Positions 38,548-44,315 of a stretch of 44,315 nt of DNA are shown here, piece by piece. The notes beneath the pieces were generated by a model. The model was not told the DNA's origin, made no database searches, and was given only the letters and a program-made list of their open reading frames with translations. Source of the stretch: Pseudomonadota bacterium (GTDB lineage: Bacteria > Bdellovibrionota_B > Oligoflexia > Oligoflexales > CAIMVM01); contig JBAXBA010000027.1 of NCBI GenBank assembly GCA_037142195.1, positions 1 through 44,315 of the forward strand, in the 5' to 3' direction. A program made the translations under genes and the position numbers. Each line of letters starts with the position of its first letter. Within the stretch, counting starts at the first letter, position 1.

Positions 38548-38576
38548 AATGTAGCGTCTTTGATGCGGTCCGTCAA
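38548..38576 (-). promoter_or_regulatory. sigma70 promoter of S10 operon with GC-rich discriminator
   Basis: TTGACG-17 nt-TACATT-GCGCCC on minus strand, about 160 nt upstream of rpsJ. Confidence 0.8.
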
Positions 38577-38652
38577 GACTAAATGAAGATCTTTCTTATT
38601 TTTCGCTTCGTCTTCAAACTGCTTAAAATGATTAACAATTTCTGATAGCCTA

Positions 38653-39597
38653 GTGCCTATGATTCCAATGTTTAAAAAAAAGATTTCTTGCTTTCTTGCA
38701 AACTGGTTCGTAGGCGCACTAGGAGTATGCCTTTTCTATAGTTCATTGTGCTTTGCAGATTGGATTCAAGATTTTGGGGATTCGGGAAGACTTACGGCTG
38801 CCGGTGAAGGCCAGGTGGACCTGGGACTTAAAATTCCTAGCCGCGAGCCGAAAGGCACCAGTGGAAAGGCTAAATATAATCTTACCTATAGCAGTGATTA
38901 TTGGGCTTTATCAGGCGGTGGAGAAGATTATATTGAGCCAAACGCTGCTGACAACCACTCAAAAACTTTTGCCTTTTCGTTGCATTTACTCAGGGAAAGA
39001 AGCTTACATCGATTGAGCTTTGGAGCTTTCCAATTGTCCCCTCTTTGGCAAGAGCTGTACGATATACCCCATGAATATCGTTTGGTTTACGGCCACTCGG
39101 ACAAGGCCATAGTTTACGAACTTATTCACTTGAATGGTGTTCAGCTTTCGCTGGCCGCGGTTCAAAGGGCCGACAAGGAACAGGAGCTGATGATTCAGAA
39201 ACGCCCAGGGGCCGTAACAAAGCTAGCTTGGCAGTGGCCCGGGCAGGAAAGCTCTAGGTTTGGGGCAGGCTGGGAATTGGGCACTGATGGGAAATACGAA
39301 GGACTTTCGATACTTTTTCAAAATCAAGGGTTTAAAAATCAGGTTTTCAGCGGCGAGTGGATTCGAAAGAAGCGCCTAGCAAATTCGTTTCTTCTCTCAA
39401 ATATTTTGAGTTCAGATTCCGGGTTTGAATCAAAAGCTATACTAGCGATTACCAACAAGAGCTTGTGGCAGATTTCTCTAGAGCGCTGGACGCGCCTTTG
39501 GAATAACCTAGGCTGGAGTTTGATATTCGATCTAAAGAGAGCGCCTGGGGAAGGTAGCAAAATTGGCACGGCGTTCGGCATTGAAGGCAAGTTATGA
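38653..39597 (+). CDS. Exported hypothetical protein, possible outer-membrane beta-barrel
   Basis: Signal-like N-terminus (..YSSLCFA/DW); alternating amphipathic strands rich in G/W/Y; C-terminus TAFGIEGKL; exact start uncertain. Confidence 0.6.
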   Translation: MPMIPMFKKKISCFLANWFVGALGVCLFYSSLCFADWIQDFGDSGRLTAAGEGQVDLGLKIPSREPKGTSGKAKYNLTYSSDYWALSGGGEDYIEPNAADNHSKTFAFSLHLLRERSLHRLSFGAFQLSPLWQELYDIPHEYRLVYGHSDKAIVYELIHLNGVQLSLAAVQRADKEQELMIQKRPGAVTKLAWQWPGQESSRFGAGWELGTDGKYEGLSILFQNQGFKNQVFSGEWIRKKRLANSFLLSNILSSDSGFESKAILAITNKSLWQISLERWTRLWNNLGWSLIFDLKRAPGEGSKIGTAFGIEGKL

Positions 39598-42065
39598 AAA
39601 ATACATTTTTTTTTGGCGTTTGTTTTTCTTTAGCAGCATGGCTTTTCCTTTTAGATAGCAATGTTTTTGGGGCGGTTCCTCAGGAAAATCCCTCAGAAGG
39701 AGGTAGTGGAGCCCAGGACAATTTAGGGGAGCCTGAGCTCTATGAATTAATGGACTCTCCTGCCATTCGTAATTTAGTGAGTGCTAGCACATTTGCAGCC
39801 AATAGGGCCGTCGACAATGCCATGGATGCTCTATTTTATTCCCTATTGGACAAGACTTGGCCTGTTTCTAAAACTAGATTTTCCGTCTTAGAAACCGGCA
39901 TTGAGCGCAAGCTCACAAAATTACCAACCAAAGCCTATTTGGTAATAGATCGCGTCATGATTGGACCAACATTGACAAGAGATTTACTCCCCCCAAGCCC
40001 CCTGGGTGTCAGCACAAAGCTTTCTACGGGAGTCTATTTTTATGAATTCTATCTTGCTTCCGATGCAGAAAGATTGACGGCGACTAAGCTCAATTATTCA
40101 AACCAATTTTCTCCCGCCAATTGGTTTGGATTGCTCCCCCTGTTGAGCAAAATATTGCCTCCTTCATTTGACCCCAACGAGCTCTACAATCCGCTCAGAA
40201 CCTTTAGCGCGCCCCTAAAAGTTCCTCTTAATAGCAAAGACTTGCAAGAGATGCCCAGCAATTCGATTCGAAGCTACGCCATTAAAGGAACCATCGGATT
40301 TCCTCTCTCCCATACATGGCTCCTAGAGAGGCTTCCCATAATTGCAGAAACAACCGGGCTTCATGCCGGAACTCCTATCGATTTCTATGCCAATGCAGAA
40401 GCGCGAGTCTCCGTGCAAAAGCGCTCAGATAACGAATATCGAATCTCACTTTCCAATATTAAAACGGAAGGGCTATCCTTGGGATTTGAAATTGGAAAAA
40501 CGTTCTACGCGTTTGGAGTGGCCATGGGAAAATTTTCCTGGAGGGGCCTACCCGTTCCTATCGCACCGCTCAAACTTGCTAGTGTTCGCCAGCTTTTTCA
40601 AGAACACACAGAAATTAGAGATATCAATCTCTCCTATAAAATACCTGAGGATATATTGGCTCGGGCATTAACGGGCAACTTTTTGGACTTAGATCGATAC
40701 TGTCACGCCTGTGTGCCTACCGTTACTTCCAGAGAAGGGAGTACCGTCACTTCTTCGCGTGGTGCCTCCAGTTTTTTCTTTGATACAAACCGCGATTCCA
40801 TTCATGAATTCGGCAATCACACTATGCAATCTAAGGATATCGATGTCGCCTACAGGGAGTCACGATTTGAAAGAAAAAGCCTGAACTGGAATATCATGAA
40901 TGGAGCAATTACAAATGAGGCTATTTTCTCATGGTCCACTCCTACAAGACGCCATAATCCAGCCCCACTCCTATGGGGTAAGTTTTCACTTATTTTCCCT
41001 CAAATAGATGAGCAAAGTCTCTTAGAAATAAAAACGCTGCTCAATAGTTTTAGCTTCCTTCCAAAGACAAAAAACTTCGACACGATTTCTCATCAAGTTC
41101 GTGCCCAGTTTCGAGAAAAACAAAGTCTAGAAACTATGAAGTCCCGGCCGCCACTGGAACCATTTCGAAGAATTTTTTCTGGCCCGCAAGTCGTCGGCGA
41201 CTTTGAGCTTACATTCGACATTTATGCGGAAGAATCTGGGTTAAAATCGCTCGCTAAAATGCCTACTGAAGAAATATCTCGAATATTAAATCTAGGGCGC
41301 GATTCAAATGCAGATCTGTCTCTCAATGCCCTGTGTCATCAGTCCATAATAAGTGAGTTTCTCCCCGCAGATGGTCTAGACATTTGCCGCCCAAATGAAA
41401 ATTCATTTCAAGCCCTTTCCGAGCTTCAAAGCCAAATTCTAAACGCAGGAACCCAAGATGAGAAGAAGCGGGCAGCCTCTACATTTATAGCAGAGATCGG
41501 AGTTCTAGGCTTTATTGAGCTCGTAAATAAAACCCAGCCCGCAGACCAATTTTCCATATATGTAAAGTCCGTTTGTCGTCCTCGATCAGCCCATCCCAAC
41601 CTTTTGTCAGATTTTTGCAAAGGAGATAGTGATGGAGTGCTTCAAAAAAATGGCAAAATGGATTCGGAAAAGTTCGCCTGGTGGCTGGCAAAAGACACGC
41701 CAGATCCACTCACTGTATCTTCTAATGAAGGTAGCTTAAGCGTATTAAAGCTTGAAAAACCGCCGAAAATCTTTGTTGATACTTTTATTGAAGTTCTACT
41801 ATCTGAATCCATAGCAACGCCGTTGTTTGTATTTTTAAGAATAGAAAGCAAAGGAAGACTTGATGTTGCAAGAACCCTTATTTTTGAAGACATCCTGCAG
41901 TTAAACACGGACATGATCGAAAAAAATAGAGTCGTAATTCCTCGCTCCATGTTCCGTGACTCAGACGCGGGCATAGCGGACATGAAGCTTGAAGACTTGC
42001 GAATTACAGTCAATGTATCTCGCGATAAAAAGACTTGGTCCGCTATAAAGATCCTCGAAAATTAG
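39594..42065 (+). CDS. Large exported hypothetical protein (823 aa)
   Basis: Long ORF with signal peptide; ATGA overlap with upstream gene; no family recognised. Confidence 0.8.
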   Translation: MKNTFFFGVCFSLAAWLFLLDSNVFGAVPQENPSEGGSGAQDNLGEPELYELMDSPAIRNLVSASTFAANRAVDNAMDALFYSLLDKTWPVSKTRFSVLETGIERKLTKLPTKAYLVIDRVMIGPTLTRDLLPPSPLGVSTKLSTGVYFYEFYLASDAERLTATKLNYSNQFSPANWFGLLPLLSKILPPSFDPNELYNPLRTFSAPLKVPLNSKDLQEMPSNSIRSYAIKGTIGFPLSHTWLLERLPIIAETTGLHAGTPIDFYANAEARVSVQKRSDNEYRISLSNIKTEGLSLGFEIGKTFYAFGVAMGKFSWRGLPVPIAPLKLASVRQLFQEHTEIRDINLSYKIPEDILARALTGNFLDLDRYCHACVPTVTSREGSTVTSSRGASSFFFDTNRDSIHEFGNHTMQSKDIDVAYRESRFERKSLNWNIMNGAITNEAIFSWSTPTRRHNPAPLLWGKFSLIFPQIDEQSLLEIKTLLNSFSFLPKTKNFDTISHQVRAQFREKQSLETMKSRPPLEPFRRIFSGPQVVGDFELTFDIYAEESGLKSLAKMPTEEISRILNLGRDSNADLSLNALCHQSIISEFLPADGLDICRPNENSFQALSELQSQILNAGTQDEKKRAASTFIAEIGVLGFIELVNKTQPADQFSIYVKSVCRPRSAHPNLLSDFCKGDSDGVLQKNGKMDSEKFAWWLAKDTPDPLTVSSNEGSLSVLKLEKPPKIFVDTFIEVLLSESIATPLFVFLRIESKGRLDVARTLIFEDILQLNTDMIEKNRVVIPRSMFRDSDAGIADMKLEDLRITVNVSRDKKTWSAIKILEN

Positions 42066-42761
42066 GATATTTAGCTCATTTTAAACTGTGGTTTAAAAAG
42101 TCAACCACTCCATAAAGAGGCCACTCCTTAAAATGCAATTCTAGATTTCTGGCAAAAGTATCTACTCTCATTCCCCAAGGGCTTAAGGGAGACTGGTTTC
42201 CATTTGCAAATCCACCATTGTTTTTCATTTACAACCTTGATAGCGCTCCAATTTCCTAACTTATGACAGCAGTTTTGGGACCAAACTTATCCATATAGAC
42301 TGTTTATAGACATGCCATCGTTATGTATATAAAATGCCGAATTAAGAAAGTGGCCTTCTCTATGAGGATTTCACTATGAAAGATCCAAAACTTACTTTTT
42401 TTGCTCTAGGATACTCACCATTAACAATGCACCATGGAATATTCTCCTGAGAGTTGTCCTTAGACTAACTGATCTTAGAAACGAAACTCATGCTTTACAA
42501 ATCTTTGCTGACACTTAGGGAGAATTTTCACTTATAAAGCTATGGAGAGTTCTATTGGAAACGATGAAAAAAGAATGAACTTTTTCACCGCTATTCAATA
42601 TGTTAAAATGAGCCACTGGTAAACCTTAAATAAGATGTAGTTTGTTTGCTGACTTTTTTGCCAATATTTGGCTACTTATGACAAAGGAATTCTTTATCGA
42701 TAGACAAAATACCATCTTGTAATTCTTAAGAAGAAGCCATTTTAATTTACTAAATTGGGAG

Positions 42762-43529
42762 ATGCTAGTGATTACGCTCAAAAAGACACAACGAGTTGGA
42801 GGAAACCCCATCGTTCTTCCGTTAGGGTTTTCCTTACTAGCTTTAATGTTATTTTCGTCTTGTAAAGCTGCTAAAAGGGGAGAATCAGATCCCTATCAAG
42901 TTACTTCCCAGAGTGGCTCGCCAACATCGATCAAGCACCCATTGAAAAAGCTGCCAACCGATCTACCTAGTCGAGTTAGAGCCTGGCAAGAAATAGTTGC
43001 GGAAAGCTTAAAATCGGACTCACTGAACTTATTCGGAGCCGGCGATTGCGTTGCATATACACAATTATGGCTTGAAAAGATGAATTCCGAAAATGGCATA
43101 AAACTTTTCTACTCGCAGTCCTTTGGGATGGGGGATATCACACTGCGGGATGGAAGCCACTTAAGGCATGATATTACTCACGTCTTTGCAAGCGATCGAG
43201 GTTTATGTCCAAATTCTGGCGACTGCGATCAATAGATTATTATTGATGCTTCCTATCTGCAATTTGTTGAGCATGGTCAATGCATAGCGGATCCTAAGAT
43301 AGACGCCTGCAAATCCTTTAACAATCCCGACGCATTGCCTAAAATATTGATTGGCTCCCAATCAGACGTCAGCCATTTCTACTCTAAACTTCCTGTAAAA
43401 GTTCAATTGCAAGAAATTCTTGATGTTCAGCCATTTAAGGATTGGATGCCTGAATCGGCAGCTTCTCTAATCTATAGCTACGGCCCTAACTCTAAGCTTC
43501 GTTCAAACCTGGCAGTCTTTGCTAAATAA
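42762..43529 (+). pseudogene. Lipoprotein with Cys-His-Asp (papain/transglutaminase-like) motifs interrupted by one in-frame TAG at 43233-43235
   Basis: Lipobox LFSS-C; AGDC, THVF, then DQ*IIIDASYLQF continues in the same frame through the ORF-track piece 43335..43529. Confidence 0.7.
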
Positions 43530-43939
43530 AGCTGAATCTTACCGTCGCAACATTTAAACATGCCTAGCTAGCGGCCAGGTTATTGAGAGCGTTAGTCCGC
43601 CAGCTCCACTTCTGTTCGTAGAAGAGCTTTTCAGAAGGCTGCGGATTTCATATCGGGCATAGGCGCTTTCAGCGTTAAGTGGGTCGTCTTCATTTTTCCA
43701 CAGCATAGATCGATTTTTTTGAGGAAGCGGCAATAGAACTGAATATGTATTGCTCATTGCTTTGACCTTGTATGACAATTCAAGTGCTTCTCTTTACCTA
43801 AGTAAGAAATGTTTAAATGAGTGGTAGTATAGCTTGATTGGCTCTAGTTTTAGCAAACTAGAGTCAAAGTGGTACCCGTGAATTTAATTGACTTTTTTAT
43901 AAAGGCACGACTGGAGCCTGGATCGGTAGTAGATAAGAA

Positions 43940-44315
43940 TGGGGTGGCAGCCGGATACAAGACCAAACCAATTCTCCGCCAGCCCAACTAGCTGAGATCA
44001 TACACTTTCCTGTGACCCCCCTCTACCAAAATCGTGATTTCCTCCACGAAAAATACGTCGTAAACGGCCTCTCCGCCGAGGAAATTGGCCTCGAAATGGT
44101 TGCACCACCAGCACCGTCTTGAAACATCTAAAGCTCCTCGGAATACCCGTCCGGGGCAACGGAAAGAATAATCGGCCCAAACGTCACTTGGCCTATGGGC
44201 AGAAGATCGTCGGGCGCAAGGTCGAGGTCTGCAAAAGCGAAATGGCGGCCATCGAAAAGATGAAAAGGCTCAGGGCGAAAGGATTCAGCTACTGGAAGAT
44301 CGCCGATATTTTGAA
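43940..44315 (+). pseudogene. Frameshifted HTH plus recombinase-type DNA-binding domain gene, probably edge of an integrative element; runs off window
   Basis: Frame A: TNSPPAQLAEIIHFPVTPLYQNRDFLHEKYVVNGLSAEEIGLEM; after a 1-nt shift near 44098: CTTSTVLKHLKLLGIPVR..LAYGQK...EMAAIEKMKRLRAKGFSYWKIADIL; visibly higher GC than the rest. Confidence 0.65.

Noticed and set aside
42066..42761. 700-bp AT-rich gap with a 24-aa ORF (MKDPKLTFFALG...) and ORF 42626..42811
   Set aside because: No recognisable motifs, tRNA or repeats; cannot be distinguished from decayed DNA.
43998..44180. Minus-strand 60-aa Arg-rich ORF
   Set aside because: Antisense to the better-supported plus-strand HTH/recombinase-domain remnant.

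Overview
Bacterial chromosomal window, visually about 40-45% GC. Gene content and protein style suggest a Bdellovibrionota/Oligoflexia-like organism (inference). Most of it is a minus-strand housekeeping block: the S10-spc-alpha ribosomal superoperon (rpsJ to rplQ, with secY, infA, rpmJ and rpoA, but no rplX/uL24, adk or map), rimP-nusA-infB-rbfA-truB fused to metK, and a tightly coupled DNA-repair run (HAMP membrane protein, ruvA, ruvB, small membrane protein, XPB-like helicase, DUF790/Bax1-like nuclease, DHH phosphoesterase) with no ruvC. Accessory parts: a truncated lipoprotein adhesin with 98-aa Cys-containing cadherin-like repeats (missed by the ORF track), a radical SAM/SPASM protein, a PilZ protein and a lone LptG/F-type permease. 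There is also a secreted trypsin-like protease carrying a synonymously diverged (NGHTVI)x3 peptide repeat, head-to-head with a TPR/double winged-helix regulator; this is the best candidate for an undescribed peptide-sensing system. At the right end are two exported hypothetical proteins, a Cys-His-Asp lipoprotein split by one in-frame TAG, and a GC-rich frameshifted HTH/recombinase-domain remnant. No rRNA, tRNA or CRISPR array was recognised.
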